A DNA stretch of 64,000 bases from Octopus sinensis (taxonomy: Eukaryota). The translations under genes were made by a program, and so were the position numbers. The stretch is taken from assembly GCF_006345805.1 (NCBI RefSeq), contig NW_021833648.1:1-64000 (forward strand), read 5' to 3'. The notes below the pieces were generated by a model, which saw only the letters and a list, made by a program, of their open reading frames with translations, had not been told where the DNA came from and made no database searches. Shown here piece after piece: positions 28,761-42,720 of this stretch. The stretch's first letter is position 1; every line of letters begins with the position of its first letter.

Positions 28761-29646
28761 TCTCAGTGCATGAGATATAACATCCGAGATAAATGAAACC
28801 TGGAGTTTTGTAATGTAGCAAGCCGGTAGAATCATTAGTGAGTCGGACAAAATGCTTAGCAGCATTTCTTCCTATTCTTAACGTTCTGAGTTCAAATTCC
28901 GTAGAGGTCGGCTTGTGCATGTAGTAAGACTTAATCTTTGCAATTTTAGTACAGGGTCAGGAATTTTGAGGGTAGAGGAAAGCAAATAAAATTGATTCCA
29001 GTAATTAACTAGAACTTTATTTTATAGATACCGAAAGGATGAAAAACAGCGTCGGACTCTGCGGTATTCGAAGTTTTAGCGTAAAGGACCCGAAGAGATG
29101 TCTCCTCGCTGACGATTCTGCCTGGGCGCATTCTTTAATGGCTTCATATTTCGATACAGGTCCAACAACTATTCTTTAGGTGAAGGAGCATGTCGATTGC
29201 ATCGATCCTAGTGCTCTACTGGTACTTATTTAATCGAACCTGAAAGAGTGAAAGGGGAAGTTGACGTTAGTGGAATTTGAACTCAGAACGTAAAGAGCCG
29301 TAAGAAATGTCATGAGGTACTTTTATCCCAATGCATTAAGAAATTTGATAGTTCTAAACACTTAGGAATTATTTCTGACATAAGTAAAAAACGAAAATTT
29401 GGACGGTGGATTTCCTCGTTTACATCGATGCTGAAGGGATGTCAGAGACAAAGGTGACCTCAACGGGTTGAACTCAGAAGGTAAAGATCCAGAATAAATA
29501 TTGCAAAGCATGTTTCTGGAAATATGCAAGAGATGCTCATTGATGCATAAGCTAACGATATGTCAGCCTAAGTCCAACATATAAACACATGCATTTTTAT
29601 GTACACAGACATGAATAAACATAGTCGTAAATATAAACGCTAACTG

Positions 29647-29712
<66 letters not shown>

Positions 29713-29899
29713 TGTGCGCGTGTGGCTCTTTTATATATTTTAAATACGATGTCTACTGACAGGAAGACCAATAGGATCAGTGCAGCCATTTCTGAAAGAC
29801 CGGAAGTAATTCCCAGCCTAAAATATTCCAAGATAACGGAAGCAGAATACGATGTTTAAAGTCAGCTGTGCATTTGGTACTTTTTTCTGCCAGACATAG

Positions 29900-29931
<32 letters not shown>

Positions 29932-29958
29932 CATACATACATACATACATACACACAC

Positions 29959-30005
<47 letters not shown>

Positions 30006-30030
30006 TATATATACAAGCACGCATACATTC

Positions 30031-30072
<42 letters not shown>

Positions 30073-30534
30073 ATGCCTGTAGGTATGTGTGTGAGTGTGT
30101 GCGTTTCTTTGTGTGAGCATGTTGAGGTTATTATTTCATAACTAGTTTAGGGAAAACATCGGTAGTTTTGGGAAGAGTTGACACTGAGAGTAGAGTAAAC
30201 AAAATATTATTGCCTGTGTTTTATATATTTGTATATTTTCATTTCTAACAATATCGTTGCTTCGGCACCTTCGCTCACATTTCATGACGATGAAAATTTT
30301 CATTTATGTTATTATATTGCGCTTGGCTGTTTATATTAATTTGTAATATACGTATTAGCATTTCGCTAAATCAGCCACAAATTTTTATGGTAAATATATA
30401 TATTGGCAGATGGATTTAGCCAAACCATCAACGGTTTGAGTAATCACTACTAATGATGCTTACGAAATAGGGGGAAATAGTCAAGTCTGTTGATTCTAGA
30501 GACGGTCATGGGGTGGTTACTTCCCCTGTTAGCG

Positions 30535-30568
<34 letters not shown>

Positions 30569-31076
30569 ATACTGCGCACTTCTTACAGCATTAGGAGTCT
30601 TTAACTCTTATTTCCGGCACCTCATTCTCTTATATTGCGCTTAGCTGTTTATATCAATTACACACACATACACACATATAACACACATATATGTATATAT
30701 ATGTATCTATGTATATATATGTATATATGTGTATATATGTGTATATATATGTGTATATGTGTATATATATATATATATGTATATATATTTATATGTGTGT
30801 GTATAAATGTGCATACATTCGAGGCTTTCTTCCAAGGAATCTAATGCGCTTGCCTTGGATTTTCCTTTGGGGCTGGCCAGATCGGAGCAATCTCAAGATT
30901 AATCAGCCGAAATTGCGAGGATGATCCGGTTCTTGACTGAAGATTGAAGGCTTCGAATGTCCCGTCCTTGTTTTTTGTATCGTCTTCTAAATGTTTTGCG
31001 TTCTTGTCCCACTTTGTATTTTTTACATATACATATATATATAGCGACACTCGTACCCTTTTGGTCTTATATGTAA

Positions 31077-31113
<37 letters not shown>

Positions 31114-31123
31114 TATATATATA

Positions 31124-31217
<94 letters not shown>

Positions 31218-31251
31218 AGAGAGAGATAGATAGATAGATAGATAGATAGAT

Positions 31252-31287
<36 letters not shown>

Positions 31288-31462
31288 CTATTGCTGCCTG
31301 TTTCGGCCTGCTAAGCCATCATCAGTCGTTCCAATGATGGTATAGCTCTCCGAAACAACACCGAAGATACATACACATGTATATATATGTGTATGTGTGT
31401 GTGTGTGTGTGGTGTGTGTGTGTGTTTGTGTATACATTTATATACATATATGAGCATGTATA

Positions 31463-31512
<50 letters not shown>

Positions 31513-31978
31513 ATATTATATATATATATATCTATGTATTATATATAAATACATAGATACATACTTCCATATACATTCAAGTGTTTATGCACATATGGTT
31601 GTGTTTCTACGTTTGCGTACATCCTACCAATACGAGAAGGTTTTCATGAATATGAGAAAGCCTATCCTGTGTCAAATCTACACGAAGCTAACTTATAAAC
31701 TAATCTACAGAACATTACACTTGATGTTTCATCTACAAATTCACCAGATGTTGTTACTGTCTCGATAATTGCATATTTATGCGTACTTTTCAGGATATAC
31801 AATACGCACATACGTACAGGTATATATATCTATACATATATGCACGTATACATACATGTAATGGAAAGGTATTTTCCGCTGAGAAATGTGCTTGTAAATA
31901 ATGTACATATAAACATAGTACTTTAGTTAGAGCTAAACAATGCGTATTTAAGTAATGATAGATCATTCAACTTCTCAA

Positions 31979-32085
<107 letters not shown>

Positions 32086-32670
32086 TGATGTCACAATAAA
32101 AAAACTGGTAATTGCGCAACCCGATATGAGTGACAATGAAAAAATAAAATATTGTGAATAACGGTGGTAATGAAACTGAAGCCAACGATGGTGACATAGT
32201 TACACCCGATAGGCTCAGAGATCCTGGTCCGATTCAAGCCTGTCGATATCCAGAAAGGGACCACCATACATGGCGTAGATGGAGCATGCAACTTAATGCT
32301 GTGGTCATGGAGTGTTACTACCTAAGCAGCCCGGTAGATGAAAATGGTGCTCAAATTAGGGGTTACCGACAACGTATGTATGATCATTGAAGAGAAAAGG
32401 TATTGTTTCAACTCACGGAACAGAGACTATGGGATCAAGCTAGGAAAAATTGTTGGTTCACAGAAGTAGAGCTCGAAGATATCAAAAGACGGGTCACGAA
32501 AAATAGCAGCAGATATAACAATGAAAATACAGTTCTTACCAATAAGTGTAATCCCATAGTACCGGAAAGGAGCAGAGGTAGTTTACTTCAATGAGACACA
32601 TATAAATGATCTAAAAGAAGACAATAAAACTAATGGCGTCATGACAGATGAACAAAAGGCAATCTACGAC

Positions 32671-33594
32671 TTCTCCATGCCTCGGTTAAGTCCGAGGGCT
32701 GGAGAGGCGTAACAGTGGAGCTGAACGTGCAGGCGGAGAACGAGGTACTGGTGGACCTGGCGGAAAGCATCAGATTGGGAGACGTGATCATGAGAGTGTG
32801 GGTGGAGGGCAGAGCTCCACGTTGTTACAAGTGTGGCCTGAGGGGTCACATAAGAGCCTTCTGCCCTCCCCCAGGGAAAGAAATGGATTCCGAACCACAC
32901 AGAGAGAAGCAGAAACCAGAGGAGAAGGAGACAGTAGAAGAGGAAGAGAATACACAGAAATGGAAGGAAGCTGGAAATAAGAGGAAGAGAAGAATACGAG
33001 GAAAAGAAAATAACATGGAACACCAATCCACCCCAAAACCACCCACACCCTCTGAGTCCCACCCTATTCCTGCAAACAGTGAACCCACCCGCTCCCCCCC
33101 AACAAGAAAACAAAAGAAAAAAAATAATACACACAGACAAGAGATTGAAATCGATATCAGGCCGTACATTTGTACTATGACTGAACAGAAAGAAGTTAAA
33201 AGTCTAATGGAAGAGTATAAATGGTATGAAGTTGGTGAGACTAGGTATGCTGTAATTGAAAAGAAGAACATAGATGAGTTTATGGTGAGGTGTGAAAGGG
33301 AGAATTGGGAGGTGAAAGATATAAGAATGAGCGATGAATTCGTGGAAAATATGGATGAGTATTTCGGAGTAAGAATGGATATGGAATTTATTCGTATTGG
33401 CAAAGAACATTCAAGTGACGATGAAAAACAAAGGACAGGTAAGTGATGCTAACGGATGGGGCCGTTGGTATCGCTTTCATACTATCATTTTCTTTCACTT
33501 AATTCATTTTTCATAAATTTTAATTATAATGTTCTATGTCCCCATGTCTTTTGGTGTCCCCCTCTGTGTCGCCCCCTGGTAGGTAATAAAGAAT
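32671..33594 (+). mobile_element. ORF1-only (half-L1/HAL1-like) Tx1-derived retrocopy inserted in an R4/Dong element
   Basis: Exact 18-bp direct repeat caaaaggcaatctacgac at 32653-32670 and 33595-33612. ORF1-like frame, then ~150 nt of 3'UTR ending gtaggtaataaagaat. No ORF2 sequence. Confidence 0.85.
32673..33446 (+). CDS. 5'-truncated but uninterrupted ORF1-like protein with CCHC zinc knuckle
   Basis: Frame is open from the insertion junction to the stop at 33446. WRGVTVE...VWVEGRAPRCYKCGLRGHIRAFC aligns with WLGKRIE...VVVEGRRPRCYTCGSEAHLKKEC of the Tx1 ORF1 at 60322-60831. Confidence 0.8.
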   Translation, partial: LHASVKSEGWRGVTVELNVQAENEVLVDLAESIRLGDVIMRVWVEGRAPRCYKCGLRGHIRAFCPPPGKEMDSEPHREKQKPEEKETVEEEENTQKWKEAGNKRKRRIRGKENNMEHQSTPKPPTPSESHPIPANSEPTRSPPTRKQKKKNNTHRQEIEIDIRPYICTMTEQKEVKSLMEEYKWYEVGETRYAVIEKKNIDEFMVRCERENWEVKDIRMSDEFVENMDEYFGVRMDMEFIRIGKEHSSDDEKQRTGK

Positions 33595-34959
33595 CAAAAG
33601 GCAATCTACGACAGAATAAATTCAAGACTACAAGAGAACGATAGCAACATTATTTGCAACCTTAAAAAGGTCGATGGATGGAAATTGAACCAAGAAACGA
33701 AAAATGTCAATGAAATTCTGAAATACATCAGAACAAACAACATCACAGAAACAAATAATTTGATCAAGGCAGCAAGTATAGTTGTAGCAGGAAACGTGGG
33801 TGTTGATGTCAAGAAAAAGAAAACATAATGGGAGTGACAAAAGAAAAGATCTATGGTGGAAAAGAAGAATCCAGGCAGGGCTAGACATGCTCTCAAAGGA
33901 AATCTCTGTTAGACCGAAAAGAGAAAGGGTAGCTTAAAAGCGAACAAAAATACAGGGTGCTGAAAAAGTAAAATATTGAAAGAAAGGGCCTGAAAGTAGT
34001 AGTGGAGGAACTAAAACAGCGCCTCTTTACAAAGAAAGCAAAGATGGCAAGATACGACCAAAGAATGAAGAGTTACCACCAGAATAGTTTATTCAGAGTA
34101 GATCAGAAGGGAAATAAATGGAGAGTGTACAAATGAAAAGTTGGTACCAGATAATATTGAAAGTCAAAGTTTTTGGAGTGACATCTGGAGCAAAGACAAG
34201 GAGCACAAGAACGATACTGAACGGTTGCAAGAAATGAAAGAAACAGTAGCCTATCCAAACCAGGCAGAACTAGTCATTTCAGTTAAGGAAGTGAAGGGAA
34301 TCAGCAAAAAAGGAGCAACTGGAAGGCTCCGGGACTAGATGTAGTTCAAGGCTACTGGATCAAAAGATTTGGTGAATGTCATGCACGAATAGCTGCACAA
34401 CTCAACACCTTGTTAAATGCCGACCACTAGGGTGGTTGACATTGGGTAGGACAGTGCTGTGCCTGAAAAACATCGAAAAAGGCAATACGGTAGACAATTA
34501 CAGGCCGATATCCTGTTTGCCACTTATGTGGAAGTTACTGACCGGAATACTCGTAGAGTCAATGTACGAACATCCGGAAAAATGGAGTGCTACCACATGA
34601 GCAGAAGGGCTGCAAGCGTTAGTGCAGAGGTACCAAAGATTATACACCGGAGAAGGTAATGGACGAAAAGAAAGCAAATATCTTCTGGGGCTTTGATTTC
34701 CAACCACACAGGTTGTTAGAGCACCAAAGGCCGGATATAGTAACCTTTTGGATGGACAAACAAGAGTGTGTAATAATCAACGTGGCAGCACCAGGAGATC
34801 AACTTATCATCATCAAAGAAAGAGAAAAGATTGATAAATATGAAAGCCTGAGAATTGAGATTGCCAAGATAAGGCAGTTACGAGAGTCAAACATAAAAGT
34901 CGTCACTGTAGTTATTGGAGAATTGGGTTCAATTCGACTTAAAGTAAAATATTCTACAC

Positions 34960-34993
<34 letters not shown>

Positions 34994-35574
34994 GACTGAA
35001 GATAAACTGTTTTTACTACAATTTTTTATAATTTTACTGATATTTGATAAGATGAGATACGTTGAAACCGGTAATATTTTCTTTATATAATTTTTAAAAA
35101 CATTTTTATTAAATTCACTCTTAAATTAAAATGTCTTAGACTTTCTTCTGGGGTATTTCCACCTCCATCTTTTATATATAAAAATTTGATTTGTATAGAC
35201 CTCTAATCTTTTTTCAACTATATATATATGTATATGTTCTTTGTCAGTCATTGGATTGCAGCCAACCTGAGACACCACCATTAAATGTGTAGTCGAACAG
35301 ATTAACCCGTACTTTAAAAAATAAGTACTAGTTCTTCTATCGAAAAACTGCCCTCTTATCTTCAATGACATGTCAGTTTTGGAGAATATTTGATTCACGA
35401 GATTTCTCATATTTTCAAGGAAAGATGGTCGTAATGGTCATCTGGTCATTATGAGACGCTCTAGGGAGGTGAAAATAATTTTAATAAATCAAGAATTTGT
35501 TATAGGGTATTTGATATTCCTGTATTTGTTGTTCATATACAACCTGAGCTGTTTCGCTTAACTTATTTTTGCTT

Positions 35575-35659
35575 TTACGTATGTGTGTATATACGCGTGT
35601 GTGTATGTATATGTGTGCATATGTATGTATGCACATGCAGATATATATATATATAATAT

Positions 35660-35728
<69 letters not shown>

Positions 35729-35799
35729 ATATATATGTAATATATATACATATATATATATGTATATATATATGTATATATATATATATGTATATTATA

Positions 35800-35831
<32 letters not shown>

Positions 35832-36008
35832 CAGATACATACATATACATATATATATGCGTATATATGTATATGTATATATGTATGAAGTATGTGTATA
35901 TATGTATGTATACATGCATATAAATATGTCTATATATGTATATATACATGTATATACATACATACATATATGTATATATGTGTATATATGTATATATATG
36001 TATATATA

Positions 36009-36084
<76 letters not shown>

Positions 36085-36160
36085 GTAAACATACGAACAA
36101 GCAGACACACATACATATGCTTATATACGTACATACATACATACATACATACATACATAC
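35575..36160. repeat. Compound (TA)n/(TATG)n/(TACA)n microsatellite, representative of many in the window (e.g. 8440-9000, 16530-16850, 21930-22220, 31080-31220)
   Basis: Direct inspection. Confidence 0.95.
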
Positions 36161-36421
36161 ATAGGCACACACAATCTCCAGCTGTGGGTCAGGTGGATGA
36201 AATCTTATTGTGTGTATGTATGTGCAGTTCATTAGCTCACGCACACACACACATGCACACACACACACACACATGCACATCTAGAAACACACACACACAC
36301 ACTAATGCCGTGGCCAGTACACCAGTCACCTGATTATAAAACATGTCCTCATCAGTTCTTCGGGGGATTAACATCTTGACCTCGGAACAAAACGAGCAGC
36401 TGGTGAAGCAGCAGCAGTATC

Positions 36422-36460
<39 letters not shown>

Positions 36461-36921
36461 TTTGGTGGTGGTGGTAGTGGTGGTGATGGCCACTGGAAGT
36501 AATGGTGGTCGGGGTGGCGGAGGTGTTGAGATGGAGGTATGGAGTCCATTTATCAGCTGTAACTATGATCTTGTTTTTAGCCTCATAGGAACCCTGACAC
36601 ATATTCCAGCCGTGACTCTCTCGTCATATTAACTCTACATTATCTAACGTGGTTCCTTTCCTTCCGCTGTAATATTTAATTTCTTTTGTCTTTTCCTCTT
36701 TAAAAAAAAAACCCTTTTCTCCTTCATTCATTTGGACTGTGGCCATGCTGGGGTCTCCCTTAAAGGGTGAAGTCGAACGAATTGACCTCAGTACTTTTTA
36801 TTAAGTCTGGTGCTTATTCTATTAGTGTCTGTTATCGAACCCGTTATTAGGGGGACGTGAGAAGCTCAACACCGGTTATCAGTCTGTGGTAGGAGACAAA
36901 CACAAAGCCACACGCACGCGT

Positions 36922-36954
<33 letters not shown>

Positions 36955-36956
36955 TA

Positions 36957-37187
36957 CAGGGTTTGCCAAAAGTCACCTGACAATAAATCAAAACCATTTA
37001 ATTCCAAATTTATTTATGTTCAACAACTGAATGAATTTAATAAAAGCGTCTAAATATGAAACATCATGAAAATTGTTCAACTGAAGTCCTTCTTGTAATC
37101 ATTCATAATTGGAATGAATAAATAAAATTGAATATCAAGTATTTATGGAATTTTGATTTACTGTCGGGTGACTTTTGGCCAACCCTG
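36957..37187. mobile_element. Tc1/mariner-type MITE, 231 bp
   Basis: 26-bp TIRs cagggtttgccaaaagtcacctgaca / cagggttggccaaaagtcacccgaca (24 of 26 identical); TA on the left, CA on the right. Confidence 0.85.
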
Positions 37188-37397
37188 CATATACATACAT
37201 ATACAAACACACACATAAAAGTTTTCCTCTATTTACATTCGCTGCGCAGTGAGATTGAATCTGAAACCACGAAGTTACAAGTCAAGTATCTTAACCACTT
37301 CCACTTCTCTATTTTGTTTATAAAACGGTGGTTTAGGGTTTGAGTGAGATTTCGAATTCCTTGTCTGTTAATTTTTACAGATCCATATAAACTTCTG

Positions 37398-37557
37398 TGG
37401 AGGCGCAATGGCCCAGTGGTTAGGGTAGCGGACTCGCGGTCGGAGGATCGCGGTTTCGATCCCCAGACCGGGCGTTGTGTGTGTATATTGAGCGAAAACA
37501 CCTAAAGCTCCACCAAGCTCCGGCAGGGGGTGGTGGCGACCCCTGTTGTCCTCTTTC
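37398..37557 (+). mobile_element. SINE family D, 5' half
   Basis: Matches 17530-17690. Confidence 0.8.
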
Positions 37558-38559
37558 ATCTAATGCCGTGTGAAAGGTGAGAATTGATATGAGGTCAGTT
37601 AGCGGTGTCCATCAGTTTCATTGAAAACCATCTTTCAATTGTTGATCCGTTGGTATTACCCTACTGAATATTTAGTGGATAAAATAAAATACGAGTCAAT
37701 TATTGGGGTCATTGCTTTCGGCTCATTTCCTCCCATCAAAATATCTGGCCTTGTGCCTAAGTTGAAAACATCATGGAATAAGTAGATCTAGAATAATTAT
37801 AAAACGATATAACCATGATCTTCCCGTCTTTTCCGTGGTTTTGTATAGTGTGTCCCGGACTAAATTATCCAGTTTATACTTTCTCTTAACTAGATGCTAG
37901 TATGTATTTTAGGGAGATTTGGCTACTGTTTCTAACATATAGAAATTTCTTTGTTGCTTCCATTATAATTATTGTTTAGACCAGTGGAACAGATTGAACT
38001 TGTATCGAATTTTGAACAAACTAAAGACCTCCCAGATGTAACCATCCAATCTGTTATTCAGTATCTGAATCTACGTTAGCCAATACTTCTTTCCTTCGAG
38101 AAGGTAGGGTGTAGGGTTTAATCTGAGGTTTATTTCACTACTTTATCTAGCAAGTTGAGTGACTACGTTTAATCACTCCCCAGTTACTCGTCAATATTGT
38201 TGCTACCGCCACCGTCAGTACCGATATCTTGGGCGAGTACATTGACCATAACTTTGAGTCGAGCTAAGCCTTGCGAATGAAATTGAGTAGTAGTATTTAT
38301 ATAATGCCGTTGTATGAAGTTTGTACAGGTTATTCAAAGGCCCAACCTTGTCATATCGACTCTATTTAAGAATTACGTTATGGTCACATATGCCCGTGGA
38401 ATACTCAAACACTTACTGGTTTATTCAATGAGTAGGTTGTTTAGGTGATCGAACAACAAGTGGACGTCCATTGGCCGAAATGAGAATCTGGCATCATTTA
38501 TTCATTGAATTTCTCGGTTCAAAAGCAAACGATGACTGCACACAACACATACAGATATC

Positions 38560-40190
38560 TATTGAGTTGTCAGATAAATTTGTTCATATGTTTTCATTTA
38601 ATTTAATCTTTATTTTTCTTCTATAATTCTAAAGAAATCAATCAATAATATATATTCTCTTTCATTGTTCTTGAAGCTTCTTGCCAACGTTTCATTAGCT
38701 TGTCAATACCTTAATGATAGAAATAAACGAATTTTGGCTCGAATAATTCATCAGGTCCCGTTTTCAATTCCACATCATTGTTGAACGAAATGCCTCGCTG
38801 AGTGCTGGAGACCGACTGCAAAAAAAAGGTGATATTGAGAAGGCGCTATTTCACTAGAATAAGGTTGGTGCAGTAGAACTTTGCAAGCAAACTCTCAAAT
38901 AACAATTTTGGTTAAATTAGGAATTCGTGGGCAAGCATTGTCCAGTTGAAAAGGTACACCATATCGTCGGTCTCATTGCCCATCGAGTGAAGGTAAAAGG
39001 GGACAATATTAAGACAGCAGCCAATCTGCTGGGCCAGTCAGTTAATGGATTGGCGCGGTTCCTCGTGGATAGGTATTTTGCTCGGCGTGTTAAATGATTC
39101 TGCCAGCTCGCAGCCTTAATAATAATAATGATAATAATAATAATAATGATAATAATAATATTAATAACAATGATAATAATAATAATAATAATTATAATAA
39201 TAATAATAATAATATTAATAACAATAATAATAATAATAATATGGAGGCTATTCCAACATTATGGAATACAACAGAAAAAGATGGTATAGGCACACACCAG
39301 AAAAGGTCCAGAAAACGAGAAAGCAACCATACTCTGGTAATGCCGATACACACAGATAGAGAAATTAAGGCCAACAGGCCAGATATAGTTGTCAGAGATC
39401 ATGAAGAAAAAAAATGCTTCTAATTGATGTATCAATACCGGCGATGACAACGTGTCTCTAAAGAAATGAAGAAACTCTCAAATACAAAGACCTGGAAATA
39501 GAGGTAACTGAATGTGGAACCTGAAAACAGAAACAATTCCTATCATAGTAGGTGCATTAGGCATGATAAAAAAATATTCAGACAAATACATAACAAAAAC
39601 ACAGGACTTACAAACACATATAACATACAGAAAATTTCACTACTAGGCACTGCACACATCCTACGCAGAACACTTTCAATACAGTAACCATCAGAGCATC
39701 ACACACAACTCACAGCACATACCCAAGGCACACAGAGAGCAGCTGCGCTCGTATGAAGTGAAAGCACCTATAAAATAAAACTACTGAATATAATAATAAT
39801 AATAATAATATATATAATACTAATATAATATATAATACTAATAATAATTATATTATTATTATTATTATTATTATTATTTTATTATTATGATTAATAATAA
39901 CAATAAGCTTCATTGGAATAGAGGTCTTCTTGAATCATAAAAATCATTTCTGTGCAGTTCTTTCAGTAATAGCGCCCTCTCCGTGCACAGCACAAACATC
40001 TCCAGCAACTTTGGCAGCTTTGGAACTCTGATTGAAAGTGAAGAGAAGTAGGTGTCAAAAATGCTCACCTGGATCTCCATCGTATATACGTGAAAATTGG
40101 TAAAATTTATATACATTTCAAAAGCAATAAATAGATATTGTAGAGGAAGAATTGAGAGCTGCAAAAAAAAAAAGAAAGAAAGAAACACTT
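38560..40190 (-). mobile_element. Degraded mariner interrupted by a SINE head, (AAT)n and an R4/Dong fragment
   Basis: N-terminus HLLLFTFNQSSKAAKVAGDVCAVHGEGAITERTAQK at ~39930-40080; HTH2 at 39000-39080; QLDNA..PYSSEIAPSQYHLF..GIDKLMKRWQ at 38650-38950; TIR-like tattgagttgtcagataa at 38560. Confidence 0.8.
39241..39787 (+). mobile_element. R4/Dong 3' fragment (RLE domain plus 3'UTR) between (AAT)n arrays
   Basis: IHTDREIKANRPDIVVRD..LIDVS..KYKDLEIE..IPIIVGALG..GTAHILRRTL. (AAT)n on both sides. Confidence 0.88.
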
Positions 40191-40302
40191 CAATAATACA
40201 AAATAACAACAATAGCAACAGCATCAATAACAGCAATAGCATTAACAAAATTTACAATATCAGTGATGATAATATATATATATATATATAATATATACAT
40301 AT

Positions 40303-40534
40303 GTCTTTTAGTCTTTTACTTATTTCAGTCATTTGATGGCGACCATGCTGGAGCACCGTCTTTAGTCGTGCAAATCGAACCCAGGACTTATTCTTTGGAA
40401 GCCAAGTACTTATCCTATCGGTCTCCTTTGCCGAACCGCTAAGTTACGGGGGCGCAAACACACCAGCATGGGTTGTCAGGCGATGTTCGCGGGACAATCA
40501 CAGACACACAAACACACACACACAAACACACCAC

Positions 40535-40572
<38 letters not shown>

Positions 40573-40750
40573 TATATACATATATACGACGGGCTTCTTT
40601 CAGTTTCCGTCTACCAAATCCACTGACAATGCTTTGGTCGGCCCGACGCTATAGTAGAAGACACTTGCCCAAAGTGCCACGCGGTGGGGCTGAACCCGGA
40701 ACCATGTGGTTCGTAAGCAAGCTACTTACCACACAGCCATTCCTGCGCCT
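40303..40750 (-). mobile_element. SINE family A, full copy
   Basis: Reverse complement of the family A layout. Confidence 0.88.
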
Positions 40751-41576
40751 ATATATATATATATAAAAGAAAAACAAGTACTATAAATATATTTAGTGGT
40801 AATTCCAATAATATTGGAAAGAAAGGAACTAATTTATCTGCGAAAGCCAACTGATTCAAAACTTTATCTGGAAGTTTTTACCTTTCGTTTGACCATGGGC
40901 GGCGAGCAGAGCTACACAAGAACCGCGATACGAACTTTAGTTCAGCGAGTAAACTTACAGTGTCAACATTGTGTATATATGACCAGCTGTAGGGTCCCTA
41001 GGTGGCGGTTTAGTGAGTAAATAAACAGAGATAAGTGAAGGGGTAAATAGAGGAATTTCAAAGATAGGGACGCTTTTGTTGTGGGATCACATTTCTTGAG
41101 ATGAAAGAAACTTCAGGTGTGGAATAGGAATATTGAATGTCAGGTGTGGTAATGAGAGGGAGGGCAATAGGGTTATATACATATATATACGTGCGTGCAG
41201 ATGTCTATATCTAGAACTATCTACCTACCTGTGCATCATTATAGATAGATAAATACATACATACATACACACACACATATATATAGATAGATAAACAGAT
41301 AGATATACACAGTTATACACGAATACACACATATATGTAGGTAATTTCATACATATTTGTGTATACATATATATATATTATATATTATATATTAATATCC
41401 TATAAGGGAGATACACACACCACACACACACACACACACTATATATTATATATATATATATATATATACACTCACATATATATGTATGTATATGCTTGTG
41501 TATATATGTGTGCATATATGCATGTATGTATCTATATAGAGTTAGCTAGACAGCTAGATAGATAGATATATAGATA

Positions 41577-42608
41577 TGTTTCTTTATTAGCCACACAGGG
41601 CTGGCACACAGATAGAACAAATTACAAGGTAGAGCTTTTCTTTTGAAGGTTTAAAAAAAATAAAATAAAAAAATAAAAAAAGAAAAAATAAAATAAAATA
41701 AAATAAAATAATAAAATAAAAATGGGGGGTCGATCAAAAGGATCGTAAAAGGAGAGAAAGAGGACAAAAAAAGGGGGGTTTAAAAAAAAAAGGGTGGAGA
41801 GGAAAAAAATTGATCATAGGGATCGTTATCACAGAATGTCAATGAAGTGTAAAAGGGGGGACAGGTGAGTTTACCCGTGAAAGAAAAGCCTACGAAAAGA
41901 CCACGTAACCTCGGTCATGAGTCACATGTTTATGTCTTTTTTTTTTTTTTTGCAAATAAGCAACTCCTCTGTATTAATTTTTACGGTTCATAGAATCATA
42001 GTCAAGGTGGCTTCGTCATTCATACGTGCCATCCTTGCACTTCACCCATCTTTTTTTTAAACATTCACTAGACAAACTTGCCTCTCACTCTCACTTTTTT
42101 CTCAGTGATACTTGAAGAAGTTGATGAGAGATTGCCAGAGAGGAAAGTGTTTGTCTCTAACGCCTTTCAGACGCGTCCCCAATACATTCTTTCGCCATAG
42201 CCACAAGTATGATAAAAATAGTCTTCCTTCCCGCTTGAAGGAAGGAGGCGTGACATATAACGATAGACTCGGCTGATAAACCGCACGTCCCACACGTGAC
42301 ACAGTCGTTCGACATAAGCCCACAGGTGGGAAATTGCTGGACACTGCCGATTGCGTGCAGAGGCGTTTCCGTCGCCTGCCCCATCTCGGCAGGTCGGCCC
42401 CGTTTTTCTCGAGCCATGCCTATAGAGCTTATCCCGAACGGGTACGCTTCTCGGTAGCACCGCCAGCCAGGGATCTCTGCGTTGTCCATAGGTCCCGGGC
42501 CGAAATCGTTTGAAACAGGCGGGTCGGTTTCCTCGTCGCCACGCCCAGGTTTGCCCCGAGCTCGTCGTCGTACCTCCCCTCCACTATCCCCTAGAATGCT
42601 TTGTTGTG
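41577..42608 (-). mobile_element. 5'-truncated second copy of the same Tx1 family
   Basis: Collinear with 55755-56740 (same 3'UTR and ORF2 C-terminus) and shares the 3' junction gata|tgtttct. GATA-type repeats on both sides. Confidence 0.92.
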
Positions 42609-42612
42609 ATAG

Positions 42613-42645
<33 letters not shown>

Positions 42646-42685
42646 GGAAGAAGATTGATAGATAGATAGAATAGATAATATAGAT

Positions 42686-42720
<35 letters not shown>

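Larger units (their letters stand above)
32086..34950 (+). mobile_element. Decayed R4/Dong-clade RLE non-LTR retrotransposon, internally deleted and interrupted by the half-Tx1
   Basis: VMECYYLSSP..RGYRQRM..TEQRLWDQAR (R4/Dong N-terminus); [26 protein letters not shown] (start of RT); RPDIV..EKIDKYESL..VIGELG (RLE). Begins directly after (AAT)n. Confidence 0.85.

Noticed and set aside
35481-36170. Long ORFs of YI/YT/CV/HT/LSIY/poly-I/poly-V type (here and dozens elsewhere)
   Set aside because: They are translations of (TA)n, (TG)n, (TATC)n, (AAT)n and (CAC)n, which lack stop codons in some frames; not genes.
40069-40158. Apparent 90-nt minus-strand exon (polypyrimidine tract-cag ... cag|gtgagc) within ORF 39910-40248
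   Set aside because: Another frame of the adjoining sequence reads as a mariner transposase N-terminus (HLLLFTFNQSSKAAKVAGDVCAVHGEGAITERTAQK), so the region is transposon-derived.
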